From Octopus vulgaris (lineage: Eukaryota): a stretch of 64,000 nucleotides of DNA. Positions 1-14,094 of this stretch are shown one piece after another. The number at the start of each line of letters is the position of its first letter. The first letter of the stretch is position 1. The notes beneath the pieces were generated by a model that was not told where the DNA came from, ran no database searches, and was given only the letters and a program-made list of their open reading frames with translations. The translations under genes were made by a program, and so were the position numbers. The DNA is taken from the NCBI GenBank assembly GCA_951406725.2, contig OX597834.1, positions 36,828,001 through 36,892,000 of the forward strand, in the 5' to 3' direction.

Positions 1-182
1 TCCGTTGTTTTATACAGGTTTATATCGTTGTTAAAGAAAAAAATTAATTGTTAAAACTAGTTCGGTATGTATGTAAATAAATTCATTGAAAAACAGCTAA
101 CTACAAGTTTTTCAAATTCAGGTGCATTTTCAAAAATACTTCCTCGTATATTTTTTCCTGCGTGAAAATACACCCCTTATTT

Positions 183-241
<59 letters not shown>

Positions 242-357
242 TACACACGCACACACACATATATATACATATATAAATACATATATATATATACATATAT
301 ATTTTATATATATGTATATATATGTATGCATCTATATATGTGTATGCATATATATAT

Positions 358-420
<63 letters not shown>

Positions 421-1344
421 AATATATGTATAATATCATAGATAATATGTATTTCGTTTTCTATGTTTTTGTTTTTATGTTTTCGTTTTTCATGTGTTCA
501 ACGTTTTTTGATGTCCTGTACCCATATATGCATGTATATATACATATATATATGCATGTATATATATACATATATATGTAGGTATGTACATATATGTAAG
601 TATATATGCATATATTTATATATTAGTTATATCATTATATGCATACATACACACATATACATATATACATATCATAGATAATATGTATATATATGTGTAT
701 AGATATATCATATATAATATATGTATAATGTATATATGTATAATATATATATACATATATATATATTGTGTTTATCTTCGCGTGTATCTATTTGTACGGC
801 TATATACAGATGTAAGTGCGCTGCGAGAATATATGTATTTCTGAGTGTATGTATGTATTTATCTATTTATCTATTTATCTATGTATGTATTTATCTATTT
901 TTGACTTCTCTTAATGTATTTCAAGACATGCACAGTTGTAAATACTTGGCAGTGCATCACAACAATACCTAACCTTATATTTGTTGAAATTTCACCTCTC
1001 AGCTAGAACAGTGACCTCCACTTTGTTTATAAATTCTTTCAAACAATACTAATATGTTTTGCTGTTTGAAACAGTAAAGATCCAAGCATTTGCAAACAGT
1101 TTCACTAAACTTATCTCTTCAGAATCTAGATGCAGCTCTGAAAGTTGTGTCGTGATCGAAACTCCGTAACTTTCAGTACTGGCTCAAAGTTCTTTAGAAT
1201 ATCTGTAGAGATAACTTAACCGCGATTGGATGATACTGCGAATGCAAAACCGTAGGAAAAGTGTCGACTTATAAACCTTTCATAATACTTGGTAGTACAA
1301 GGTATCCCTAAAGTCTGAACACATAGGAAATCTCATTAACTATA

Positions 1345-1682
1345 TTTTATTAACCACGTGCGCGTAAGCTATGCAGGGTTATTGTAGTCGGTCGTCTTCG
1401 TCTGCTTGTCTGTGTTTTTGCAAAATTACTGAAAAACGGCTGAATAGACTTTCACCAAATTTGGCAGAAATACTCACTGGATGAGTGACTCAACAAACTC
1501 ATTAAAGTTTGGGTTGATTATATTCAGAACTGGCAGACATGTGAATCAAAATGTCTTTTTTCTTTGTTACGAAAAACGATAAGCTGGGGAAATAGCGCTT
1601 GATGACATTTTGTTGAAATATGAATTCGTCTGAGAATATATTTATCAAAATAAATTAGCTCTGTTTATAATTATACTATATG

Positions 1683-1738
<56 letters not shown>

Positions 1739-1865
1739 GTATGTATACATATATATATAAGCATACATACACGCACATCTACATTTACTTTGATCACCTG
1801 TATTTCTTAATTAACTACGTCTGCATAGGTTTTTCTCGGTGGGTGTGTTAAGTGGCTAACATGTT
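1345..1865 (+). mobile_element. Helentron/HINE (DINE-1-like) non-autonomous element, degenerate
   Basis: GTCTG microrepeats followed by AAAACGGCTGAATAGACTTTCACCAAATTTGGC core; internal microsatellite. Confidence 0.45.
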
Positions 1866-2326
1866 TGTGTGTGCAATATACGTAGACGCGTGTATGCCCT
1901 CGTACGCTATGTATGTGTATGCTTGTGTGCGTGTATGTATGTAAGTTATTTCGTTTTTAGCTGTGTGTGTTGTGTGTGTGCGCGCGCATTGATAACGGCT
2001 GAATGGATTCCATGCCTGTTTTTATATTTACATGACTATTTTTGCTCCAAGAAGTCAGGTAAACATTTCCTCTAGCGTAGCCTTAGTCATTGTCATGAAG
2101 AACATCCTCATCATCATCATCAAAATCATCATCATCATCATCATACCATCCTCCTCCTTCTCATTGTCATCGTCGTCATCATCATCATCATCATACCATC
2201 ATCATCATCATTGTCATCGTCGTCATCCTCCTCCTCCTCCTCCTCATCATCATCATAACATTACCGCAAGCACTGTTAAAAACGCCACTATGTTTTAGTT
2301 TTCTTTCTCTCTGTATTTATATATTC

Positions 2327-2459
2327 ATGTGTTCCTTTCTGTGGAAGGGCGTAGGTTCGAAACGTTAAAGACTTTTTCAATTCCCGAGCGTTATACTAAT
2401 ACATCTCTTTGTTTACTATACTACCTGTTTTCGTCTTTTGTTTTTCTGTGAATTCTCCC

Positions 2460-2461
<2 letters not shown>
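2327..2461 (+). mobile_element. Penelope-like terminal fragment with degenerate hammerhead core
   Basis: CTTT-CTGTGGA-A-GGGC-GTAG-GTTC-GAAA-CGT-TA-AAG; downstream TTCCCGAGCGT..TAATAC shared with the 38.5 kb copy; abuts (TA)n. Confidence 0.45.
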
Positions 2462-2519
<58 letters not shown>

Positions 2520-2853
2520 GCATATACATATATGTTTGTATATATATTTATGTATATATATATATACATATATATACATTGTTATATACGTATTTATATA
2601 TACATATATGCATATATATGTGTGTGTGTGTTTGTATGTGTGAATACACCCATCCACCCCTCACACATGCACATTGACACACACACATACACATACACAC
2701 AGACATAAATGCTTAATATGAGCAACAAATTTGAGTAAAGAAACAAAACAGCAACACCAATAACATCAAAGAACAACGAACGACAAGATCAACAAGTTTA
2801 TGACATCATGACCACCACCACCAAAAACCACCACCACCACCACCACCACCACC

Positions 2854-2887
<34 letters not shown>

Positions 2888-3454
2888 TCATCATTATCAT
2901 CTTTATCATGTTTATCATATTAGTGTTATTTTCATTCTTTATATCAACATCTTCTGTTATCGCACACTGCGCAACGATTTATAAAACAGAAAACACAAAT
3001 GTGTTTCTGAAATGTTTCTCGGTGTAAATTCATTGCAATGACCTCGTTTGACCTTTGGCAACATAATACCCCTTTCGTTTTCGTCAGAGACAGAACGACC
3101 CCTATATATTAAGGAGAAGAGGTTAATGGGTTTGCTGGCTTTTTTTGTGTTTTTTTATGCCTTCCCTAATGACAATAGTGATGTAAATGAAATAAAACGA
3201 ACCAGTCTCGACCGTGGTGCTCCAGAATTGCCTGTTATACAACTGTAACCATTACAAGAATAAAAGAAGGGAACCTTTCCTCTACCCATCACCCTCTCTC
3301 GTGATATTAATATTGTATCTTTCATGCCTTTCTCAAAGACAATAGCGTTGTGGCTGAAGTGAACCAGTTCGACCGTGGATTGAAAAACCTAACTCTGCCG
3401 AATCGTTACAAACTACCTTCCGTCTCTCCTTCTCTAACCATCGCCCTTCCTCAT

Positions 3455-3700
3455 AATATTCATTCATTTATTCGGTTCTCGTTGTCCGTTATGGCCCTTG
3501 AAGCGACAACAAGATCATTCCACCTTCTAATACTGAAAGCGTCCTTGACAGCTTGTTCCATTGGTAACCCTCTGCTTTTAACACCTTTTGTTGTTGTGCT
3601 CCGCCACGTTTCCTTCGGTCGGCCACGTCTTCGCTTACCTTGTGGAACCCATTGCAAAACGATCCTGAAAATTGAGCTCGGTTTATAGCGACAAATTCAA
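3455..3700 (-). mobile_element. RTE-type LINE 3' fragment
   Basis: WVPQGKRRRGRPKETWR...RRWNDLV is a typical RTE ORF C-terminus; AATG-like tail near 3460. Confidence 0.75.
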
Positions 3701-3989
3701 CCCAGCCATTTCCATTTCCTTGCTCCAATAGTTTCTCTTATTGGTTTCTCGTTAGCCTTGGTGTGTACTTGGATGAAAGACAAAGTCGACCTTGGCGGAA
3801 TTTCAGCTCAGAACATTTACGGACGAAATACCGCTAAGCATTTTTTCGGCGTGCTAAAACAAATCTGTCAGTTCGCCATCTTAACCTCCCTCATAATAAT
3901 GAGATATCTGAATGGTTTCAGTTAATAAATTACCTATGTACGCCTTCTGCATGAAAAACATATAGTTAAGTGGGAGTGGGGGAAATTCT

Positions 3990-4345
3990 TTCTTTTGAAC
4001 TCTAGTACTCATAAGATCAGTTAGCCTGTTTCTATGACATAAAATGATCGAGATCAATAAATCTATTATAACTAGACAAAAGCATTCCTTGTATGACAAT
4101 TGGATGGGAAAGTTCTGGAAAGTTTTATAGATTTTTACAGTTCCAGTGATGGATTGGATCTGTAGTCTTTGAATTAGCTTTCTCCTTTCTGGTTTTGAGA
4201 AGCCTAATTTCTCAAGATTGGCATTTAGGCAGTGTGTTACACATCCCAGCGCCCCAATAATTACAGGTACAAGTCTGAACTTATAATCTGGATAGAGTAA
4301 CTGCAGATTTCTCAATAGTTCAGCATAGGTGTTCTCTTTTTCACT
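3990..4345 (-). mobile_element. R4/Dong-like non-LTR element, C-terminal restriction-like endonuclease fragment
   Basis: EKENTYAELLRNLQLLYPDYKFRLVPVIIGALG matches the K..KY..L...V.PvviGalG pattern. Confidence 0.75.
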
Positions 4346-4904
4346 GATGTATGTATGTATGTACAAAATATAGAAAAATGACACACACATTGCCGTGAAA
4401 TAAGCTACGTTCTGTGCTGAGCTACACAAAAAGTCGTTCCAGATTTTGGCAAGCATCTTTCTCGGACTCGATAAAATAGTCAAATATGGTATTGAATGGA
4501 TTGAATAGAATTACCATTCTCTCTCCTCCAGAATTTATGACATTCTTCGTGGTCGCATCATTAATCAATATTATAATTGTGGTAAACGATTTGTAATATT
4601 TATGCGTATTGGAAATTATGAAAACTATTTGGTAATTAACTTCTGTGTAAGATGTTGCGGAGTTTATAGGAAGATGTTTCATGTGGTTACGGTATATCAG
4701 TGATGTGTGTGTATCACTGGCATTTCTCTATGACATCTTTATGTAGAACGATTAGAATGCGGAGAATTGTGAGGGTGGAGTGTGATGTCCAGATGTTGAG
4801 AAGAAATCCACGCAAAGTAAACACACGTATAAACACAGACACACACACAGACACAGACAAATTAATACGCATGTACACACAGACACACAGACACACACAC
4901 ACAC

Positions 4905-4982
<78 letters not shown>

Positions 4983-5095
4983 TTATATACATGTATACAC
5001 TTATATACATATATATACACTTATCTCTTTAATGTCTTTATATGTTTGTTTGTGGGAGTGTATGTGCATGTGTATGTGTATGTATAATATATATG

Positions 5096-5168
<73 letters not shown>

Positions 5169-5228
5169 TGTGTATATATATAATGTAACAGTAATTGCTA
5201 TAAGGTCGAGGAGGTCATCAACTGATCG

Positions 5229-5441
5229 AGGTATCTTTTTCTACTCTAGGTACAAGGCCCGAAATTTTTGGGGAGGGAGGCTAGTCGATTAGATTGACTC
5301 CAGTACGCCACTGGTACTTAATTTATCGACCCCGAAAGGATGAAAGGCAAAGTTGACCTCGGTGGAATTTGAACTCAGAAACGTAAAGAAGCACGAAATA
5401 CCGCTAAGCATTTTATCCAGTGTTGCTAACGATTCTGCCAT
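5229..5441 (-). mobile_element. SINE family B
   Basis: Homology; another fragment at 3765-3880 (minus). Confidence 0.85.
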
Positions 5442-6004
5442 CTGCATCTATAATTAGGAGTCATTAGTGGTTTATAAACATAATTAATTAACATAAGTGG
5501 TTTTATAGACGTAATAAATATACTTTCCAAAATATGATTTGTTAATATTGTTGGTGTTTCTCTGTTGGCACGGATACACTTTCGAGTGTTTTACGTAAAC
5601 TTGGACGAATAAATTACCTGAAGAAACGTTAATGCAATTTATCATCACGGTAGTGAGCTCTGGAAAGCATGATCGTCAGTTAATTCCATGTTTGTGTGAG
5701 TGTGTGAATATGTGCGTGTATGAATGTATATGAATGTGTGTGACTGACTATGAGAACTTGTGTGCGTGTGTGGGGAGGAGGGGGGAGTGAGGGCTGGAAG
5801 AATGCGTGAGGTATTGAAAGTGTTAATGGAGAGGTTGTGAGACTATTTCTCTATGTGTATGCGTGTGCGTCAGTGGGAGGAGAGTTCGTGTGTGTGAATA
5901 ATGCATGCGTGTGTGTGTGTGTGTGTGTGTGTGTGAGAGGTTTTGGGCGTGTGTGTAAGTATGTGAGTGAGTATGTGCGGGAGAAAGTGACTGAAGGTAA
6001 TAAT

Positions 6005-6224
6005 AGTGAGCTGGCAGAATCGTTAGCATGCCGGGGGGCGAAATGCTTAGCGGTACATCGTCTGCCGCTACGTTCTGAGTTCAAATTCCGCCGAGGTCGA
6101 CTTTGCCTTTTATCCTTTCGGGGTCGATTAAATAAGTACCAGTTACGTACTGGGGTCGATATAATCCACTTAATCCTTTTGTCTGTCCTCTCTGTGTTTA
6201 GCCCCTTGTGGGTAATAAAGAAAT
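6005..6224 (+). mobile_element. SINE family B (tRNA-like head, Meta-domain-like GCCTTTCATCCTTTCGGGGTCGATAAA core)
   Basis: GAGCTGGCAGAATCGTTAGCA...GAGTTCAAATTCCGCCGAGGTCGACTTTGCC; about 18 copies in the window. Confidence 0.85.
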
Positions 6225-6421
6225 GGGTAATAATAGGGAGTTTATAAATCTGTTCCTGCGTTTGGGTGTGTGTGTGAGAGAGAAGGGTTGTGAGTGGGGA
6301 GAAGGGTTGTGTGTGTAGGGAAAGAAGGGTCGTGTGTGTGTGTGTGTGGGGCGAGTAGGGATGAGTGTGTGTGTGAGTGTACACGAGTGTGTGTAAGTGA
6401 GTATGTAGCATTTTAAAAATC

Positions 6422-6805
6422 TTTTATCTTTTACTTGTTTCAGGCATTAGACTACGGCCATGTTGGGGCACCACCTTACCGAATGTTTAGTCGAATGAAT
6501 CGACCCTTGTACTTGATATTTTAAAAGCTTGATACTTATTCTATTGGTGTCCCTTGCCAAACCCCTAAGTTATACAACACCGTTTGTCAAACAGTAGGGG
6601 AGAAGGACAGTCTTTCTCACACACATACACACACATATACGATGGGCTTCTTTGAGTTTCCTTTTACCAAATCCACTCACAAGGCGTTGGTCGGTCTCAA
6701 GAGAATAGTAGAAAACACAAGCTCAAGATGGTTCGCAGTGGAACTGAACCCGGAACCACATGGTTAGCAAGCAAGCTTCTTACCACACTAAAACGCCTGG
6801 ACCTG
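6422..6805 (-). mobile_element. SINE family A, diverged
   Basis: Degenerate homology over the whole length. Confidence 0.8.
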
Positions 6806-6959
6806 TGCATGAATGTGTGGGTATGTGGAAGGAGAGTGAAATGAGTAATTAAAGGTATTAGCTGTGTATTTGTGTGACGTCTTGAGCGACTTTGTGTGCG
6901 TGCGTGTATGTGCGTGAGTGCGTGTGTGTATGTGTGTGTGTATGTGTGTGTGTATGTAT

Positions 6960-7008
<49 letters not shown>

Positions 7009-7466
7009 CGCGTGCTATCCAAACAGTTTCCCCTGTCGTTCAAATTCCGCTCAACTCGAAGTTCTGATAGAAAGACACTAACCCGAATGGCCTCAGAACG
7101 GCCGCAGCCTAATGACTGAAACAAGAAAGAAATATAAGATAGAAGATTTCCACATACAGACAGGATGGACATGGGTGGAATGCATTTGATTATGGGTCGG
7201 TTCGATGGGTCCTGACCTAGAACAAGGGCAAAGCAGCAACCTAAACAACTCATTAAGGAACCGAGTCAATGAAAGCATCTCTAAATGGTGTTAGCATATT
7301 TTGTAAAAGGAGCACATTGGGTACTGTAGTCCTAGGTATACTATGTCCGGAGAGTAATGGATAAAATACCCTTGACCCAAGGGCTGTCACATCAGAATTG
7401 AATCTAGGTTACTCGACGACGAGACAAACATAATATATAAATACACACACACACACACATACACAC

Positions 7467-7525
<59 letters not shown>

Positions 7526-7530
<5 letters not shown>

Positions 7531-8198
7531 GACTGTCAACATGCTAGATATAGACGTCAAAATCGCTATTTTCCACGAAGAATGTGTTTTCAAATAAAAA
7601 CTCAGCACAAACCAAAGCGTTATTTTTAACGCTTTGGTTTGTGCTGAGTTTTTGAGAACACATTCTTCGTGGAAAATAGCGATTTTGACGTCTATATCTA
7701 GCATGTTGACCGTCCAATTTTAGTGGTCAGTCCTTTAAATTTTGTATGTAAAAATATTTTAAAACCAGTCCACTGGTTTTAATTGATTAATATCAATTTC
7801 TACCCTTATTAAATTTTAAAAAAAGCCCTCAATGTTGGTTTCATTGTCCTGTTTTTATTCTTTATATGTACTATATTTTTTGTATTGGTATTTGTATTTT
7901 TATTTGTATTGCTTTTACGTCCTGTTCTTGTCACATTTTTTTCTTTCCTTGTTTTTACCCCTCTGCAAAGGAATTTTATTTAATTCTTTTGCAGGAAGGA
8001 TTGGTTCGACGGGTCGTGTTCTGTCCTTACCTTCGAAACACGCATTGAGTCGAACCAGGGACCGCTGATGAAGGGGAATATTCCTTGTATTGTTTGTCTT
8101 GTACTCTGTTTTTACGATGTTAAAAAAAGTCCGTTTCCTAGTTTGTTTTTATGTTTTCGTTTCTCGTTGAGTTCTACGTTTATTTGTGGTGTCCTGTA

Positions 8199-8201
<3 letters not shown>
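7526..8201 (+). mobile_element. Putative Penelope-like composite in (TA)n with fold-back 5' end
   Basis: ~90-bp-arm hairpin 7530-7715; AATTGATTAAT..AATTTCTACCCT motif; CGAAAC...CTGATGAAGGGG near 8035-8075. Confidence 0.45.
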
Positions 8202-8252
<51 letters not shown>

Positions 8253-8323
8253 TGTATATATACATGTAGATGTAGGTACGTACATATATGTATGTATGTG
8301 TGCATATATTTTATTTATTAAAT

Positions 8324-8398
<75 letters not shown>

Positions 8399-9451
8399 GC
8401 ATATATATGTGTGTTTGTGTGTGTGTGCATTTAACGGTGGAAATAGGTTCCCACTAGAATTACTTTCGGTAATCACGGTTACCAGAGAAAAATTTAAATA
8501 AAGCCGAGAGAAAAAAATATGTGAAGAAAAAGAAAATAAGCAAAAATTATAAATAAAAATACAAAAGTAAAAGCAAATTCAAAGGAGAAAATATGGTACA
8601 ACACTCTGCATGTGTATGCATACACATACATACATACATACATACATACATACATACATACATACATACGTACATACATACATACATACATACATACATA
8701 CATACATACATACATACATACATACATACATACATACATACATACGTACATACACACGCACACACACACACACATATATATATACGTATATATATATATA
8801 TATGTATGTATATATGAATATATATAGTTCTATATATTCTTATATATATACATATATACATATATATATGTATTTACTTGATATATACACACACACATGT
8901 ATATAAACATATATATATACACACATATACATATATATATGTCTGTATATGTGAATTGTATATATATGTATATATATATATATATATATATGTGTATATA
9001 CATACATATATATACATATATATATATACACATATATATACACACACACACATATATATATTTATAAATATATATACATATATATATATATGTGTGTGTC
9101 TGTGTGTGTGTGTGTATGTATATGTATGTATGTATACAATGTGTATTGGGAGCTAAATTTATGTGGCAGTCCAATATATGATGTTTGCAAGTGTCATGCG
9201 GGTCGGCGATTCTTTTCTTAGTGTTGATAGTTGATTTGCATGATTTGGAGCTTCGTTACACATTTTCCTTTGAGGTAAGCAATGAGATAATTGGATATGT
9301 TAGTGCCTATATAAATCTTAGTCTTTAAAAGAATCTATGCGCATGTGTACGAATATACATGCATACACACACACACACACACACATATATACATATACAA
9401 ATATTTGTATCTACCAATGTACCTATCTATCAATCTGTCTACATACAAATT

Positions 9452-9484
<33 letters not shown>

Positions 9485-9768
9485 GTGTATAGATATACAT
9501 GCTTACGCTGAGGAAAAAATGTATTCATGCTTATATACATACGTACGTACATACATGTATACATACCTACATACAAACATACATTCATACATACATACAT
9601 ATATATATATATATTTATATCTGTATACATGTATATGCATTTGTATATGTATATATATATATTTCTATGTATGAATGTATGTACATATAAATCTATATGA
9701 TATATATAGTATATATATGAATATACATATGTATATAATATATATATTTATATATATATACATATAGA

Positions 9769-9807
<39 letters not shown>

Positions 9808-9928
9808 TTATATATAATTATAATTGTATATGTATTTGTATGAGTGTGTATATATATGTGTGTCTATGTGTATATATATGTATGTATATATGTATGTATA
9901 TATATGTATATGTATATATGTATATGTA

Positions 9929-10005
<77 letters not shown>

Positions 10006-10269
10006 CATCCAAACACATTATATATATATATATATATAGAAACATACAGACCCAAGCATACATACACGCACACGCGCGCACACACATACACACATACATG
10101 CAGATATGTGAATATTCACATACGTATACTGAAAAATTATTCTTTGAAACACATACGATATATGTCTATGTGTAAATAAATTACACTGTAGCGTATTTAT
10201 CTTTTTGAATATTACTTCCAAAACCTTCTTCTCAACATTATAAGAAAGCGTGATAGCTCGCTATCCGTT

Positions 10270-10835
10270 TATATCTTGCACAACAAGCTATATCAGCCTC
10301 AAATATCTTACCGGATTTGTCTTCAAACATACCTTCTTTACAGTGTCATTTTAAAAATACACTATCACGTGATTGAAATCTCAAAATAAGAGATAATGCA
10401 TGATTAATTGAAAAAATCTGAATAAGAAGCATTACAATTGACTGAATAATCTGTATACCAAAATGTTAGCCTTGAAAACAGACGTGTTCTGCTCAAATAT
10501 TCCGCCTATTTACTATTAAACTGTTGATATCTGGTCTCGAACACCTACCCCGCGATGTTGTTCTAGAAATATGGAGCCACATCATTGGAATCTTGTAGCT
10601 GATCAATTGAAACAATGTGAATAATCTGAATGCTAATGGGTTAACATTTTTAGCAGTCATATTTGACTCAAACGTTCTACCTGTTTTCTGTTAAATGGCT
10701 GACATCTGGCCGCGAACACTTACCCGACAATGTCGTTCTAAAAATATACAACTCTTGAAATCTTGTGATAAATTGAAAACGATGTGGATAAGAAGCTTTG
10801 CATTTGACAGAGTAATCTGACTACCAAAGTGTGAT
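10270..10835 (+). repeat. About three head-to-tail degenerate ~185-bp units, probably piggyBac-like MITEs
   Basis: Recurrent CTCAAATATT, AATGTCGTTCTAAAAATA, TTGAAATCT and TAATCTG motifs; junction ATGCTAATGGG-TTAA-CATTTTTAGCA at ~10630-10655. Confidence 0.55.
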
Positions 10836-11173
10836 CTTGGTTATTGTATTAACCATAAGCAGATAACCTTCATCTCTCTCGATAATAAAAAGCATCACCC
10901 GGGAATTTCATTGCTATGGGGACTGTTTTTTGCCGAAACGACTTTGCAATGAATAGAATAAAAATGTCAAAAATGGTCACCCAAATGTCATTGGCATTTC
11001 TAGCACAATGAAACAAACTGGACTATCAACTGCATCGTGTGCAACCGATTACATTTAACCATTCAGGGGCATTGTTCTGTAATCCGATCGGGAACAAACA
11101 CAAAAACACGTACACAAAGATACATGCAAACGCAGACGCACACAGACACGTATACACACAAACATACGTACAC

Positions 11174-11208
<35 letters not shown>

Positions 11209-11398
11209 CACACACACGCACATTCACACACATACAACGGCTGAAACAAGATAAGGATAAAAGATACTTCTTAATTCATCCATTTCTTCCAGTTTCTAGA
11301 ACCAATTTGTTTTCTTTCACTCTTTTCCATTCGCTGTCAGCTTAGCAGACGACACCACGATACTTGATGGCTTCTATATTTTTTCATTTTTTTTTCTC

Positions 11399-11437
<39 letters not shown>

Positions 11438-12120
11438 TCTTTTACAATCGCAACACTTTCAACGATTCACATAGTCTTAATTATCTTCGATTCCGCTTTA
11501 CTTATGTCATTACTCTTCTACTTTACTTCACTCTAACACATTTTCGCCATTTTCATAAAATTTCCCTCCAGCTTTTATATATATACATATATATAATTTT
11601 ATTCCTCTTTTCTTCAAGCTCCTTCAATTTCCCTTAATTTTCCTCGATCTTCATCCATTTTCATCCATTTTCGACCATCACTTACGGTCTCTTTGTTCTT
11701 CGTCTGCTATAATCTCTCTTTCCATTTGATGTTGAAATCTAGCAAATTTCTTTTCAAGAACTACGCACTTAACCTCGACGTCAAAGTGTTTGATCTATCA
11801 AAACAGAGTGGGAATATAAAATGAAAACATTCTAAATTTTCGTCAGTTAAGCTTTTGTTTTTCTTGATGTATTTATGTATTTATGCTATATCCCCCAAGT
11901 TTTTTTCACGGATATAATCACTGTAATTGCTGTTGCTAAGGGTTTCTTATTACTGTCATGTCGTTTGAATATTTTTATATCTATGCTTGTTTCTTTGCTC
12001 ACACAAATACACACCCACGCACGCAACGCATCGCATGGACGCGTGTGTTAATGTGAATGTGCTTGTGTGTGTGTATGTATGTATATATATATATATATTT
12101 GTGTGTGTGTGTGTGTGTGT

Positions 12121-12486
12121 GTGCAGGGGTGGCTGTGTGGTACGCAGCTTGGTTACCAACCATATGGTTGCGGGTTCAGTCCCACTGGGTGGCATCTTGG
12201 GTAAACATCTTCTACTATAGCCTCTGTCCGACCCAAGCCTTGTCAGTGGATTTAGTAGACAGAAACTGAAAGAAGCCCGTCGTGTGTGTATTTGTGTGTC
12301 TGTGTTTGTTACCTCAACATCGCTTGACAACCGATGCCGGTGTGTTTACGTCCCCTGTAACCTTGCGGTTCGGCAAAAGTGAACGATAGGCTTACTAAGA
12401 ATAAATGCCGGGGTCGATTTGCTCGGCTAAAGGCGGTGCTCCAGCACGGCCGCAGTCAAATGACTGAAACGAATAAAAGAATAAAA
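12121..12486 (+). mobile_element. SINE family A, full-length
   Basis: Homology to other A copies. Confidence 0.9.
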
Positions 12487-12496
12487 ATATACACAA

Positions 12497-12533
<37 letters not shown>

Positions 12534-12544
12534 CATATATATAC

Positions 12545-12591
<47 letters not shown>

Positions 12592-12823
12592 GCACACATA
12601 CATATATAGGTATGTAGATACGTAAATGTGCATGTGTGCGTGTGTGTGTGTGAGTACATACACAAACATGTGTGAGCGTCTTTTTCTTTTTCATACGTTT
12701 TTATCTTTCTATACTACGATAGTCTCAAACGGATGATTCCTAGGAGGTTTGTGAAGCGTTGTGTGTGTGTGTGTGTGTGTGTGTGTGTCTGTGTGTGTGT
12801 GTGTGTAAAGATGTTTATGTATG

Positions 12824-12854
<31 letters not shown>

Positions 12855-12859
12855 GCATG

Positions 12860-12900
<41 letters not shown>

Positions 12901-13456
12901 TATATATACATATATATATCTTGCATATATATATATATATATACATATATATTTATATGTATATATACACCAACCCATATATATATAGTAATATGTTTGC
13001 GTCTCTGTGTGTGTGTTTGCATTATGCATACATATATATTTTTCGACAGAATGTGTGTGTGTAAGAAAGAAAGAAAGAAAGAAAGAAAGAGGGAAAGAAG
13101 GAAGGAAAGAAAGAAAGAGAGAGAGACAGACAGAGAGTTACACATATTCTTATATTCTTATATACACAGACACGCCGTATATGTAAGGAAACTCATATGT
13201 CTGAACGGCTTAGAGGTTGGGCATGAAAAGCTGTTTGCAAACATATACACAATATTTTAATAATCTCAGTCAGATGAAAGAACACATTTATGTAATCCAT
13301 GAGAACATGTGTTTTTTGGTCGGCAGCATATGATCTCTCTTTCTAACTCTCTCTCTCTCTCTCTCTCTCTCACTCATTCTTAGTCTATCTATCTGTCTAT
13401 AGAAATATACATGCATACATACATATACATATACACACACACACACACACACACAT

Positions 13457-13535
<79 letters not shown>

Positions 13536-13720
13536 TATTTACAGATATATATATATACATACACATGCATACACATACATGCATATATATATATATATGT
13601 GTGTTTGTGTGAGTGCGTGCGTATCTGCGTGTGCGCATAAATACGGATATATATATCCATCCATACATACATATATACATACATACATACATACATACAT
13701 ACATACATACATACATACAT

Positions 13721-13763
<43 letters not shown>

Positions 13764-14094
13764 CTTACGATCCTTTCTGTTCACAAATTTATGTAATTTA
13801 CTTCTACAGTGAAGCTTTGTGATTAATTGTGATTATCTTCAACATGTGATTATCTTCAACATTTCGTAAATTCTTTGTTACAGATCAATTACTCATTATT
13901 GGTTTCAGATCGAACATTACGCCGGTGATTTGTTGCATCTGGATCTCTCTTCAAAGACTCGTATTTCATATTTTCTGTGCATATTTGTCTGTTTTAGAAT
14001 CCTTCGGTTTATAACTTTGGTTCGCTTATCAAATGAGATATTGTGGTGCTTCTTAAGCGCTTGCGGTCTACCATAGTATCCGCAGAATAGATGA

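Noticed and set aside
3062-3090. CTGACGA...GAAA on minus strand as a hammerhead
   Set aside because: Only four nucleotides between the motifs; no stem II or stem I
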